A stretch of DNA of 64,000 bases from Girardia tigrina (lineage: Eukaryota). The notes under the pieces are model-generated. The model was not told the origin of the DNA. It did no database searches and saw only the letters and a program-made list of their open reading frames with translations. Within the stretch, counting starts at the first letter, position 1. Every line of letters begins with the position of its first letter. Positions 12,446 to 26,670 of this stretch are shown in pieces. The translations under genes were made by a program, and so were the position numbers. The stretch is taken from assembly GCA_001938485.1 (NCBI GenBank), contig MQRK01238503.1, positions 1 to 64,000 on the forward strand, given 5' to 3'.

Positions 12446-14779
12446 AATGGGTATTCAAAGGTCACTATGACAACGGGTACCATAACAACGGTTCCAATTT
12501 CCTTAGCAACGCTTCTGATTGGTTCCTAGTTCCCTAGCAACGGTCGAGACCACCCTAGAAATGCTTCTGATTGATTCCCGTTTTTAATATTTTTTATTAA
12601 ACATTTTTTTACATGAATCCAATTTTATTTATTTTTCAATTTTGATAATTTTTTTATATCTTTAATTCATAAATTTAATAAAGGCATAAAAATTCTCGAA
12701 ACACTTTAAAACATGATGCAATAAGGAATTTTTGATTAAGAAAGAATATATAATAAAAATATATAAATAAGTATTAAATAAATATTTGAGTCGTCAATCC
12801 AAAATATCATCTAAAAAGGGATTCGTGCGAAAATCTCCAATTTAATTTAATTAAGTATTTGATTCCTCATCGAGCTAATGGAGAATTAAATATAATTTAA
12901 TAAAAAATTGCTGAGAAAATAATAATTTCAATTTTCGAAATAAATACTTTGATTATATTATTGTAAAAATTGTTGTCGTATACAAACAAAATGAATATCC
13001 TCAATGAAAATATCGTAGATCAAGATTCTGACTGATTATTTGAAATATTTAATAAATAAACAAATAATGGGAAAAAAATACATGTGTTTGAAAATTGTAT
13101 CAAAAATATAATAAAATATATAACACGAATAATAAATAAAACACGCACGTTTTATATTTCAATAAAGAATAAATATGCTCTTTTTTCAACAGATTTTTCG
13201 ATAACGACATGATCGGCATTGAGACTTTGTTGTTTCATTACAATTTAATAATTTGAAATTTTTTTTTCAACATCTAAATAAATATTTTATAATGAATATT
13301 TTATTTTTATTTTTTTTATTTTTATTTTTTAAAATTTTTTTTCTTTCCGAATCAATAAATTTAAATACTAAAATGAATTTTGAATAAAAATCCAAAAATT
13401 TAATCTTTCGATTCAGGATAAATTGAAATTACAATTTTGATTTTATCTCGTTACTTATTCGTAGTTTGTGTTCTCTTTGTTTTTTAATCACCCTGTTCCA
13501 GAATTGGAGTGTTTTGAGATATTAAAAGACCATTTATTTCTTTTTTCCTGTCTGTATAGTTCCGTTTCAGGAGACCGTGGACCGGATAACCGTTTCGACT
13601 AGGCGCTTGATGAAAAATGCCAACATTTTCAGACATTTGTGAATCATTATTCGGAATGTGTTCGAATGAACTTGATAATTTTAATTATTCAATGATGTTT
13701 TATTTGAAATTTTTCTAATTTTTATGTTTTGTAATCTGTGAATTATTAATTTGTGTTGTAATTTTGTTTGATGTTATGTGAATTAAAAAGAAAAAGAATG
13801 AAAGAAAAGATTAATAATTTTTAAAAAATGAATCTAAACATTACGAATTTGGAGAAGATTTATTATTTTATGTAAAAAAAGTACTAAAAAAAGTTTTTAG
13901 TCTTAAAAAAAGTTTTCTTAAAAAAAGTTCTTAAAAGTTTTTAGTTTTAGTGTACCAAGAGATTTGATTATTTTCAATGACTATTCTCAAACTTAAATTT
14001 AAAGTCATAAATATCATTTGATTGAATTTCAAAACTTTCATGTAAATGATCGATAAAAGTGACTTTTGGCTAGTTGAGATTACAAGAAAATCGAGTTCTT
14101 TAGCGAAAGAATTTTTTTTCTTTGTGATTTCATCGATTTTAAATAATTTTCTTGGACGAATGAGAGTGAAAATTGAGTTTAATAAAATCAATATTGATAC
14201 GGGGAACGCAGTGAAATGTCGAGTCTTGAAATTGAATAAATTTTTATTGGTTTTATCGCGATAAAAAAACGTCAAAGCGGAATATCGCAATTCTATGGCT
14301 CGACGGCTTGACGCAAAAAGACCTGTTTTCATACTACGATCGCCTCGGATAGTAGGATCAAACAGAAGAAATGAAGGGGGAAAGTTTTTTCTTTTGCACA
14401 GTTCCACGAGGCTTAGACAAATGATCGTGACGGCGCTGCAATGGTCACGCTGAGATTTGCATTTGCTTTGATTTTAATTTTCTCATGATCTGTTAAATAC
14501 TTTATTTACTTTTATTTTAAATTCATGTTTTTTAATTTTTTTATTTTTTGTGCATCATTTTCATTAGTAATATCAAATTTATTTATTTTAATTATAATTC
14601 TTCTGGTTTCTTAAAAGAAATTGTATTAATCTTTTATTAATTTGTGTTTGAATCATTCATTGATTCTTTTTCTCGTTTATCTCTTTTATTTCTTTGTAGT
14701 CCTTGATATAATCAAATTTATAAAATCATTCTTTTGGAATATTTCAATTATGTCTTCCGTTAATTTGGTTTCATTTTTA

Positions 14780-15280
14780 ATTTCTTAATTTAGTTTTCCT
14801 TCTATGTTATACTTTGTATTTTTCGTCGTAAATGGTTTCGTAGTATTAAGAACACCAATTTGACTTTTTATATTTTTATTTAAACAACAATTTTGATTGT
14901 CCTTAAGACAGTCTTTGTCAAAACTTTCGTACATTTGCATTCAAAGCGAAATTGATTAATGAATTAATTCTTATTATTTTTTAGCAAATGGGGAAATAAA
15001 TATTTTAATAAAATATTCACTCAAAACTTATTGGATAATAATTAAAATGATAATTAATTATTTAAAAATTATTAATTTGATTTATTTATTAAATATTATA
15101 AAAATTAATTAACTTATTTAAAATTTTAAAATTATTTGAAATTAAAAATAAATTTAAACATTACATTTTTAGATAATAAGAATTAAAATATTAATCATCC
15201 ATCTGGGTAGGAGAGACACATTTCCAAATCAACATACACATTCAAACACAAAACATCAAACATCCAAAATATTCCTCACA
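14780..15280 (-). repeat. TGTGAGGAA-family repeat, copy 4
   Basis: CCATCTGGGTAGGAGAGACACA...TTCCTCACA ending at 15280; degenerate ORF start MQMYESFDKDCLKDN...IGVLN. Confidence 0.7.
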
Positions 15281-16164
15281 CGTAGTAATTATTGGGCTAT
15301 TATCTTTTTATATTTTTCTATTTCGATACTTAATATTATTCTTTTTGTATCATGATTTTATGGGACGATAAACTTGTCATATCAACCGTGTTACCGTAAT
15401 CAATAAACTCTGATACTATAAGATAAGAACTATGAAACCATTTTCCGTTATCTTACCTCTATCCTAAAACATTGCTTTTCATATTTACTTTCAAAATTTG
15501 TTCTACTTCAAAACAGAGATACTCATATTTCCCCAGTGACCTCCTCGGAATGATACTGATATTCCAAAATTTTATAAATCTTTAATAAGCTAATCATTTC
15601 CTTATTCGTACTAAACTCGATTCTATTGTACATATTTCTGCAATGTAAAGCGTTTTTCTATGACAATAATGATGAATATTTCTATCAGAATTTATTCTGT
15701 CGGTTTTGGAACCCTTACTAATTTACTGAGTTAAAACTCAAAATGTCAAAACCTTTAAGTTAAAAATTGCGAAGTAAAAGAAAGTAAATTGCAAAGTTCT
15801 AACATTAAAAAAATAATATACATTATAGATCAAAAATACAAGTAGGAAAAATATTCTAACAAGCATCACACGACCGGCGGTTTTGTAAATCATTATTAAT
15901 TAGACAACTCAACCAATTAATTAACATTCAAAATGTTGAAAGTAAGGCAGCTCAATTATTAAAATATGTTTAATTGCTATCCAAAAACTTTTATCTATTT
16001 TTAACCATTTTGGTCTATTTTCTTTATATTGATTATTGCACATGTTTCTGAACTGCCTTTTCCATCATCAACAATTATAATGTAACTAGTGAGATATTAC
16101 AATGTTAATTAATAATAGATTTTATCAGTAAATATTAATTGTCTCAGGATTTTCTTTGATATTA

Positions 16165-16380
16165 TTGGCAAAATTGTCTCTGGTGTAAAAACACGTACAT
16201 TGGAAACACAAATCGTAGTCTGAAAACCCGGATTAGTGAGCATCCACAATTAAGTTATTCGATTAAGGTTCTCGATCACTGGTTACATTGAAAAATAGAA
16301 TATATTCTATTTCAAGCGGTGAGTTTTCTGCTTTACAAAAGGGCTTTGATTCACATCATTAGCGGAATTTCTGTGATTGA
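16165..16380 (+). mobile_element. Penelope GIY-YIG fragment
   Basis: CLWCKNTYIGNTNRSLKTRISEH. Confidence 0.7.
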
Positions 16381-16382
16381 TA

Positions 16383-16421
<39 letters not shown>

Positions 16422-16516
16422 ATTTATATACTACATAAATTAATTAATATTCAAAAAGTTAAAACGGTCTTCTCACTTCTTAAAATCTTTATTAAAAAAA
16501 TAATTTTCCATTAATA

Positions 16517-17881
16517 TCCCGCCCTACCAAAAGTCTTCGATCTGTAGCTGTTTCATACTTTTAACTTGTCGCAATGAATTCTATAACATTTAAACACAAA
16601 TATAATGCAGAAAACAGGTGAGGCAATGGAAAAATTAGTATTAAGTACAGTTTCCCTTAGGTCTTATGACTACTCTTACTCGGTTTGGCATAGAATCAAC
16701 CAATTTTTTCAGGAGCTGAGGAGGAATATTTGCCCATTCTTCCAGCAGCTGAAGTTCTAATTTAGTGGCATTCCGAGGAAGCACTTGCCTTTTTACGAAC
16801 GCGTTGGTCTACCTCATCCCAAAGGAATTCGATTTGGGTCAAATTGGGGCTTTATGGCATCCATTCCAGTACATTTATGCCACTTGTTTCGAAGAAATCC
16901 TTAATGAGGTGCGACGTATGGATTGGTCCCATATCGTGTTGGAAGATCATATCGGCAATTTTTGGGAGGAATGGTATCAGTTCATGTTCAAGTATTGCTC
17001 GGTACTCCATGGAGTTCATGTTGTTAGCACACTTTACCAATACACTTTACCTTTGACTGTTAAGTAACTCCAAAACATTGTGGAGCCGCTGTTGTACTTG
17101 ACTGTTGGAAGAACACAATCAGGATGGAATCGTTTATCACTGTGCCGCCATGCAAATTGTCGTCCATTGGAATGGAAGAGCATAAAACGGGACTCATCGC
17201 TCCATATAATTTTCTGCCAATTAGTAGGAGTCCAGATACGTCTGGTATTGTACCAACGAAGACGCCGCATGCTTCGAAGACGAATAGCTTCTAAAATAAA
17301 GGGTTTTCTTACATATACTCTCCAGTAGAAACCTAAGGAATGTAGATTTCAGCGAAATGCAGACATACTTACCTGTGTGTGGCCAGCGTTTTACTCAGCA
17401 GTGATCTACGCCAAGGGCATGCACTGGTTCGGCATCACAAGTCGAAAAACATTTCGGTCGGCCAGATCGCTTCTTGTTCCCATGACTGTAGATTCTGCGA
17501 TACTTTCGGAGAAATGAATCGATTTTTTTATTTGGGGTGACCAGTTAGCTGTGCAATTTCACTCTGAAATTTGTTGCACAGATGACAGCTATATATGGCA
17601 CCCTTCTCAAAGTCTGTGAGCTCCTTTCGTAATGCCATGCTTAACAATATAGTGAATAATAGTGAAATAGAAAAACGCTTCATGCAATATCATTTCTAAG
17701 AAATCTATTTATAGACAATCAATTTGAAGGCCAGTAACAATATAAATTTTATCATTTCAATATACTGATAGTATAACAGCATTATAATTCTTTCATTTTA
17801 GATGACTTTCTCAATAAACTCATAATACCAACAGAAAAGATTCGAATAAGCTTCTGACCGAAGACTTCTGGTAGGACAGGG
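16517..17881 (-). mobile_element. Full-length, decayed Tc1-family transposon
   Basis: Imperfect ~30-bp TIRs (CCTACCARAAGTCTTCG), TA on both flanks; transposase pieces WQKIIWSDESRF, PTVKY, IFQHDMGPIHTS, VLEWMP. Confidence 0.9.
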
Positions 17882-18369
17882 TATGTGTAGATATATGTTC
17901 AGTTTGGTTCTTTGACTCGGAATTTGTGTTTCTTTAATTGTATGCTAAATTTTCGGATATAATATCTTTTATTTTATTTTTCGTATATTTTCTAATTCAA
18001 ATTCCTTTTTTTAATGATTGTTTTGTTTTTATTCGTTGTTTGATTGTCTTTTTTCGATTTTCATTATAAAGGAATTGAAAGTTTCCTTTACTGTGAGTAT
18101 GCTAATGATTTTTGTTTTTGTTTTTCGAGTCCTGTTTTTATTTAAGAAGTTTGTGATTGGTTATAAACTTGTATAGTTTCAATGCGGTTTGATTATTTTT
18201 TTTCAACTCGATTTACTGGTTTCTATCATTAATAATGATTGTTTGTTCTTTCAGTCCACCAGTAGGTTGTGGTGAGAAAGGAAATCTGCAGTTAAAATTG
18301 TACGGTTTATTGAGGTTAATACGAAATTCTAGGATAATTTTTCTTTCTTAAGCTTTTTTTCTCTTCTTT

Positions 18370-18670
18370 TGTGATCAATCGTTTCGAGAGTTCTACCACT
18401 GGGGGCGTACAAAGAAGTAGATGATTGTTATTTGATTTGGTTTTTTATATTTTGAAATTAAACTCAAAGGTAATATTGATAACACAGAAACTGTGTCAAC
18501 CAAAGATGTATAATTGGTATTTTCTTCGTGCACCGTAAAGGTAGCTAACGTCTTAATCTCCAAAGGTGATTTTGCGTGAGACAGGTTGAGTGAAAACAGG
18601 GAAATTTGCATGGTGGTGTACATTTATATACTTCTTTCTCAAATTTATGGTGGATGAAACAAAATTCTGA
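18370..18670 (-). mobile_element. Ty3/Gypsy gag zinc-knuckle and protease remnant
   Basis: CFIHHKFEKEVYKCTPPCKF followed by YTSLVDTVSVLSILP (degenerate DTG protease motif). Confidence 0.7.
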
Positions 18671-20271
18671 CTCATTTTCTTCTTCAGTTTAGTTAAATTT
18701 TGGCCGACTTTGTTTGTTTTATATAGCTTTTCTTCTTCTGTTAATGCAAAAATGTTACTCGGAATATAACGTCGTATTAGTACAATTATTAAATTTATTA
18801 ATAGCTTTAATTTTTAAATTTTATATCTATGCATTTATATTACTATGTAAATTTAATTATTTATATTTCCATTTATTTATTCTTGTTTATTTATTTTTAT
18901 TTAAACACGGTTGCCTCGTGACCAACAGTATAGAGGATGCAGATTAATTTATTTCTTATCAAACCGACCGATGCCACAAAAAGATATATTTATTTATTAT
19001 AAGAGGACACTACAATAACCCATAAAATCCTAAAAATTAGTATTTACTAATAATATTTCCGATTAATTAACATTTTATTATCTTACACATTATATTTTAA
19101 TTCCTCATGGTGGAAAATTAGTTCCGAAACATGTGCGATAATCAATTTTTTAAAAAAGCTTTACAAAATTATTTTTCAAATATATACATATATTGTTTAG
19201 ATAGCCTCCCCATACGTATAGTCATGTTTATCTAAGGATTCATAAAACTCTAAATAATGCTCTTTAAAAAATTATGGCTTCACATGCAGCAATGAATGTC
19301 AATCTAAACATTGTCAAAGCAAATAAGAAGAATGTATTTTTAAAGAAATTTAAATGATGAATAAATTATGAGAACAGAAAAGCCATCTTAGTTTTAACAA
19401 ATCAAAAAACTAAATAATTAATTCATAAAATGAATAAAACGAGAGGTAGAATTTTTATAATCATTTCAATGCATTCATAAATTGTAAAAAATAAACCCTA
19501 AGTAAACATAAATTCATTTACGGTTTTGTATGTATTTCATAAAACAATGTCTCTGAATAATTATACTTTCCATCCTCAAAATTCCAACAGAACAAACTAA
19601 CTACGCCTTTGGTACTTCCTAAGGTCTATAGAGTCTGACTTAAGTAAATATAAAATACTAAGTGCAAAAGTAAAAATAATTTTATTCTGTGTGAAAGAAA
19701 ATTATATTATTTATATAGCATCAAATTTTACATTCTTTAATATTCTCCTATTATTATTTATCATTTATTTTATTAAAGTTATCTAAAATTGGTTAAAATA
19801 AGTTTAAATAGTATATACTAATTCTGGGACACTCTTTGGCCCTAATTCCAGTTGACAATTCAAGAAAAAAAATATTTAATTAATAGGAAAAAATAAGAAG
19901 AAGTTATTGAAAATATATATTCTAATCGAAGATGTCATTGGCATTTATTAATTATTTCTTATTTTCTTTTTATTTTGATTTTTTGGGGAATTTTTGATTT
20001 AATGAATTTCTATCTTTTTTACTTTTTATTTCCTTTTTAACATTTTTCAATACTAACAATTAATTAAGTTCATTTTTAATGACTATTTGAGGTCCATGTG
20101 GTTGATGTCCATGTTTTTCTTTTCTAATTCGACATACAATTTTACATATCTTTTTAACAATTCTTGAAAGAAATTCGATTTATCAAATGCCACTTTTAAT
20201 AAGAAAAAAAACAATAGAGCCATTTTAATTTAAAATTTTTATTCGAAAACATGTTTCGCAATTTTTACACT

Positions 20272-20620
20272 AGATATGTTGATGACACTTCTTATTTTTC
20301 AGAATAAGGAAGATGACAAAGGTTTTTTTTGAATTTCATAAATATTAATTTCAACAAATATTAAGTTCACTTGTGAAATTGAAGATAATAATAAAACATT
20401 CTTTCTAAATGTATTGATAGGAAAACAGCATAATAAATTTATGACAAGAGTCTATAGAAAACCAACGGACACTGCTTTATACAGTACTCCAAATAGTTTT
20501 TGTGACCCAAAATACAATATTAATATGATAAAAGGATGAATACACAGGGTATTGAGCTTAAATTCATCCAATGAAATTTTTGATGAGGATCTCGATATCC
20601 TACATAACAGACTTAGTCAT
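20272..20620 (+). mobile_element. Penelope reverse transcriptase fragment
   Basis: RYVDDT...NIKFTCEIEDNNKTFFLNVLI...TRVYRKPTDT. Confidence 0.8.
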
Positions 20621-21034
20621 AATGGATAAAATATAATACCGTGCGATTCAGAAGTCATCGTCTCAAGATATGGAACTATACTGCGATGTAATGTAAAACT
20701 TTTTGAATATGATATAAATGTATTACGACATGTTTTTTTACGCAGTACAACTTGAAGACATGAAAAGAAAAAGGTTTTACAATTATTGTTCAAAATGTTC
20801 ACCATTTTTCTGCAAACACAGATTGCATCGCTCCACAAAATTCGTGTAGCATTTTCGAATGATGCGGTGATCGATGTCTTACTCGACCTTTCTCTTATAA
20901 AGCAAAGAAAAGCTATGGTTTTCTGAAGACTTTCATATTCAATTATATTCCTTTGATTGTTTACGACCTATTGATTGATTATTCGGTTATTCAATATCTA
21001 TGAAATTGAAATTTTAAATGTTTGATATTAGTTT

Positions 21035-21965
21035 GTGTACTTTCACTTTTATTCAAATGCGCCAACTGTCAGTACAATGGCTGAAGCAAGTGGAAATGTC
21101 GAATTTTCTATTAAAGATAAAGTTTTCATCACTAGTCATGCAATCGTTTATGAAAGCTGCACAAAAGCGTGTCAAATTTTTAAAGAGCNNNNNNNNNNNN
21201 NNNNNNNNNNNNNNNNNNNNNNNNNNNATTGGAAGAAGAAATTCGAAGAAACGGGGAATTTGTCAACAAAACCGCGATCAGGAAGACCATCTGATGAACA
21301 CATGAAGGAAAGTGTTGTTCAGTATGTGAAAGAAAACGATACTGCAAATCAACGACGGGTTGTACGTGTCCTTGGTACTTCGCAGAGTTCTGTTCATCGT
21401 TACCTCAAGCAAGAAAAGGTAAAGCCTTTCAAGTTTTCTTTTCAACAAGAGTTAACAAAAGATGACTCAGATCGAAGAATTGAATTTTGTTCTTGGATAA
21501 TCAACGAAAATGGCACCAATTTTTACAGAAGAATTATTTTTTCTGATGAGGCATCGTTTTACCTTAATGGCCATATGCGAAGGCATAATCTTTTTTATTA
21601 TTCTGAAGAGAATGAAGATCGTTTGATTCGTGTGCCTATGAAATCGCCGGAATTAACTGTTTGGGCAGCTGTTTCCTTCGACCTTGGAATAACTTTCAGT
21701 ATTATCCGTGAAACAATGAACCAGGTACGATATGTCGACGTTCTGAATCAAAAGTTGCTGCTTTACTATAAAAATTCATTGCTGAAGTGTTAATTGTCGT
21801 GCCATGCCAATATTGCCAACAATAATGAACAAAATGAAATAATTTAAAAAATTTTTAAATAAATAATTATTAAAACAAAAAATTTTATCTGGTTTTTGTT
21901 TATAAGTCCTTTAGAATTTTGTGTTTATTATTATTAAAACTGGGTAAAGCGACTTATGGCCACCC

Positions 21966-21968
<3 letters not shown>
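21035..21968 (+). mobile_element. Tc1/mariner-superfamily transposon, internally deleted
   Basis: KPRSGRPS, IIFSDEASFYLNG, LTVWAAVS; right TIR ends CACCCCTG then a TA microsatellite. Confidence 0.85.
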
Positions 21969-22028
<60 letters not shown>

Positions 22029-22504
22029 NNNNNNNNNNNNNNNNNNNNNNNNNNNNNNNNNNNNNNNNNNNNNNNNNNTATATATATATATATATTAATG
22101 TCAAAAAAGAGTTTGTTTTTATGTTTCAAAAGAAAATTGGTTGCATTAAAATTGAATTATTGATTTGTTGTTGAAAGGAAAATTTTGAAGCAATAAATAA
22201 TTATGAAAATTTATGATTTTTCATTAGAATTAAATTATTGGAGAGAACGTGAATTGGTCCTCATTAAGACCAGAAATTCTGATTGGAGATTCAAAATAAA
22301 AATGTTATCCAACATTGTGGTATCAAATCTGATTAAATTAGTCGATCTCAGTGGAAATGAAAGATCTAATTATATCAAATTATTGAGGAACTTTCATCGC
22401 ACAATGAATGAGGAGTTGAATCCAGCGAGACGTCGATATCCAGAAGTGCTTCCACGCAAGTGTTGGAATTCTGACGGCGCTACTGGACGCCGGATCCACG
22501 TTGG

Positions 22505-22858
22505 GTGTATTGTTTTTTATTCCCCCGAAACCGCGCCACTGTCTCCGAGGACCGAAGAACTGCGATCATGCTTAATCTGCCGCTCTGCGATCAACGACTG
22601 CAGATCGACGACAGTTTTCTAAAGGAAGATGTATCTTCTTGGAATAATAATGCTGCTTTTCTGGAAGCTAAAAGAAAAATAAGTTATTTGACAGTTGTGA
22701 ATGATACTGCTGAAAGGGCTGTGAAAATGATGCAAGATTTTAACGGATATATCACGGCTGAAGAAGAACAAAAACAGTTCTTGCTGCGCTGTATCAAGGA
22801 ACATAGAAAATTGCACCCGGACAGTAAAAAAACAACTGTAAAAAGTTACCCTGACTGA
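22505..22858 (+). mobile_element. C-terminal fragment of a hAT-like DDE transposase
   Basis: VVNDTAERAVKMMQDFNG...EEQKQFLL...EHRK. Confidence 0.7.
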
Positions 22859-23318
22859 TTTTAATTACTTTATGTTTTTAATTAAAGATTAATGCTCATC
22901 TTATTGAACTTTCACTTTTATTCACTTAATTTATTGCATTTAAAATGATTTTACACCAAACCGAAATATCAAGACAAAACACGTTTTTTACTAAACCTTA
23001 AAGCTCGGTCGGCACTGGTTGGTAGGATGAAATTTTATATTTAAGTATCTTATAGCATTAGTAAAAAATGTAGAGGTTATGCTTTTCGAAATTTGAAAGA
23101 CATTTTTTTTGTCATCATCAATTTTTTCTATCATCAATATATATATATATATTTATCATATTTTAATCATATTTTATTACATCGGTTAGCCGAGTGGGAG
23201 TAACCACTAAAGGTATTGTTCTCCAATCGGGACTGACCAACACTGTTTTGATGATTTATATATATAAAAAATTAATTACGACAAAAATAAAAACCAACAT
23301 GGATATGAATATAGGCGA

Positions 23319-23349
<31 letters not shown>

Positions 23350-24695
23350 AAAGAGACAAAATGAACCACTGTTATTGACCTATTAAGTACCCTTGGCCCC
23401 AAATGAGGATCAGTAAATTTTTATTAATTTCTGTGATATTGCATATGAGATTATAGGAAGTTTAGTCATTATCTACTAGGAAGCATGTCCCCTATTGCCT
23501 CATGTGTTATCTTTTAACTCCGAAAATTAGATGAGATATTGAGTCATTAATTCATTATAATAAGTATATCTTAAGCAAAATTTTAAGAAAAAAATCAGGT
23601 ACTTCATTCGTTAACCCAAATGACAAAAAAGTTCTTAACACAATATTAAATAATAATTTTTAAATTTATCTGAAGAACATAAGATATTTATAAAACGTTT
23701 TCAAAGTAACATAAATATCAAAAACATTTAATAACAAAAAATCAAGGAAAAATTAAATAACAATAAAAATAGAGTCAAGTAATAATACCATGGGCAATAA
23801 AATAAAATCAAAAAATTATTTCATTACCCAAATAAAAAACATCTTTGACTTTCCGATTAATTTACAAATAATACATTTTATCAGTGGGAAAATATAATCT
23901 GGATCATAATATAATATTTATACAATCAATGATGTAGAATTATCTGTCGGATAACAATTCATTAAAAATGCTCCGTGTATCAACGATTCCATATTTTGAA
24001 ACAATATTTGAAATCGTAAACGAATTCTGAAAACAAATTCGAGACTAATAAAATATTAATAAATTATATTTATAAAAAAATATCATGTTGAGAAATAATT
24101 CGAACACAATATTTTTTCATCTAATAATATTCAAATATTTAAGAAACTCTTTATCAAAATATCAAATATATTTAATTGAATTATAATACAAAAATAGAAC
24201 GCATTAACAATAACATAATTAAAAAAAATATTTCAAGTATTTTTGAAGCACGTTGTTTATATGACTGCTGTAGAGCTGGGACACTGTCATGGGTCATTCT
24301 ATTCTCTTCCTTTAATTTTCCGAAAAAAATGATATCCAGAACCTCGTCGGTTCCGATCGGGACAGGTACTGAAAAAGGGTTCAGGTCTTTTCATCCCCAT
24401 GAGGCACATAAATAATAAACTAAACTCTTTGTAAAATAAGAATGGTTATTCTAAAATGATTACGTGAAAAATTAATAAAGGAAAGAGTGCATAAAATACT
24501 TTTGAAAAATCAGAGTTTTGCTTCTCCTGACGATTCTAAGAAAGTAATTAAATTATCATTAGATATTAATAATATGCCTAAATATTGCTTAATTGTACCT
24601 TATTCTGGAGGATTTAAAAACTTTAAAGATACATTGTTAAATGTAACTAACAATGAATTAAATTTTAAAATGATATCTTTTTCTTCTTTTTGACC

Positions 24696-25490
24696 TTAGC
24701 CGTTGGGCCATGGGTGAACCCAATTATAAACAAGCCTTCGCCACATCTCTCTATTTATAGCTTCTTTTCTCAGACATTCAATACTCAATCCATTCCATTC
24801 TTTTAAATCGTCTATCCAATGCCTCTTTGGTATTCCTCTTCGTCTTCCTTCCACTCTTCCCTCAATCATAACCTTTGCTAGTGCTTGTTTTCTTATTTGA
24901 TGTCCGTAGAATTTTAGCTTCCTTCTCTTAATGGTCTCTTCTATTGATTCCGGTCTTTTACCTAGTATTTCTGTCACTCTCCTCCAGACAAAGTCGTTTG
25001 TCTTCTTTTCTTTCCACGTGATCTTCAGCATTCTCCTGTAGCACTTCATTTCAAATGCTTTAAGTCTATCCATGCTCTTCTGATTTATTGTTCAACTCTC
25101 GTAACCATATATGAGTGTTGTCAAGACAATAGCCTTATTGATCCTTATACTGCTCTTGAGATGTATTTCTTTGAGGTTGAACACTGTGCTAAGCTTAATC
25201 ATTGCGCTTGTTGCAATACCAATCCGGCTTCTGATTTCTTCTTCGCGTTCCCCGTTTTCTGTAATAGTAGAGCCTACGTATTGGAAACTCTTAATTTGTT
25301 CCAGCTTCTCCCCTTCAATGTCGATCTCCAGTTTAATATCGTTGTTATGGTTTCCTGAAACCATTATTTTACTTTTTGTCTGTTGATTTCCATTCTAAAT
25401 TTCTTTGATGGTTTGTGTAATCTATTCGTGAGTTCCTGAATCTCTGTCTCATCTTTACCGATTAGGTCTATGTCATCAGCAAAATTATAT
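24696..25490 (-). mobile_element. RTE-like LINE, 5'-truncated RT 3' end
   Basis: FADDIDL, FQYVGSTI, LIYGYES, FEMKCYRRMLKITW, GRRRGIPKRHW. Confidence 0.9.
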
Positions 25491-25499
25491 CACGATCTC

Positions 25500-25950
25500 A
25501 TAAAATTCAAAATATGTTCAGTAATAAATCTATTACACCTTTAACACTTTGTTCTGAAATTTTTTATGAATATAAATGTAATGGTTATGATGTAACATAT
25601 ACTGGAGAGACTGCTCGTGATCTCTGTACATAAATTAAAGAACATGGTCAAAAGAAGAGTAAAAGCACAACATAAGAAAAAATTTAAATGTGATATTAAT
25701 ATTGATAATTTCAAGATTCTATGTAAGCATTTTGATAGTTATTGAGAGAGTGTCGTGTGAAGCTTCGCTAATTAGGTCACGTTGCCCTAAATTAAATGTT
25801 AACCGGCAGTCTCAACCAGCTTATTGAGAATTTTCGATAAACGTGATTTCATACAATCAATTACATAATCATTATTGTTACATTTATATACTGGTGAATT
25901 AAATTATTAATCAGCGACCTGAAGATGATCAGTCGAAATATATCGTCATT
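25500..25950 (+). mobile_element. Penelope 3' end: GIY-YIG remnant and hammerhead-like motif
   Basis: FYEYKCNGYDVTYTGETARDLCT*IKEH; GAC-CTGAAGA...GAAATATATC-GTC at 25916-25947. Confidence 0.75.
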
Positions 25951-26281
25951 AAATATGTTTTAGTGGATAAATTTTGTTTTTCATAAAAAATTGTCATCCG
26001 AATTGCAGCTTATCTATAAAAGTATTATTTTTCATTTAGCGTTTAACTTAAGATGACCAGATTTTTAGACGGGCAAAGCGGTACAAGTTTGAAGGACGGG
26101 GTATCGAAAAAACTTTTTATACATAATAAAAATAATATCGTAATATTTTTTCTATTATTAACATAAGTAAAATTTATAAATATAAAAAATCTAACAACGC
26201 AACCGCTTACCGATATCCCGATTGCAGCTACCAAATGTGGTTAATATACTGCCGAGGTAACAGAACTCGCTCACCCATTCT

Positions 26282-26670
26282 ATGACTTTGTCACCACACA
26301 TCACTTACGATATTCCAGTCCCCGATTCATCAGTTAGGTACATGACTTTCGTCTTAGATGCACTAATATTCAACCCAAATTCTGAAAATGTGCTTCTAAC
26401 TATATCCAGGTTTTTACAGGCACGATCAATATCAGTGTCGGTGATACATAAATCATCCGCATAAGCAAGTCTACTGACTTGAAATTTGTCACCATGCTCG
26501 TCGATCAGAGTAATTTTTCCCCTGAATCCTTTCAGTACCGCCGTTTTGATAACTTCATCGAAGACCAAGTTAAAAAGACAAGGTCACATCACACATCTCT
26601 GTCTGACACCTCTTTCCAACATAATAACAAAGTTGTCTCTAAATGAAGTTACACCAATTTCAAATTAAAG
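26282..26670 (-). mobile_element. LINE reverse transcriptase fragment
   Basis: GVRQRCVM*PCLFNLVFD...LAYADDL...FGLNISASKTKVM. Confidence 0.85.

Noticed and set aside
21911-22174. IYIY ORFs
   Set aside because: They are translations of a TA microsatellite and an N gap
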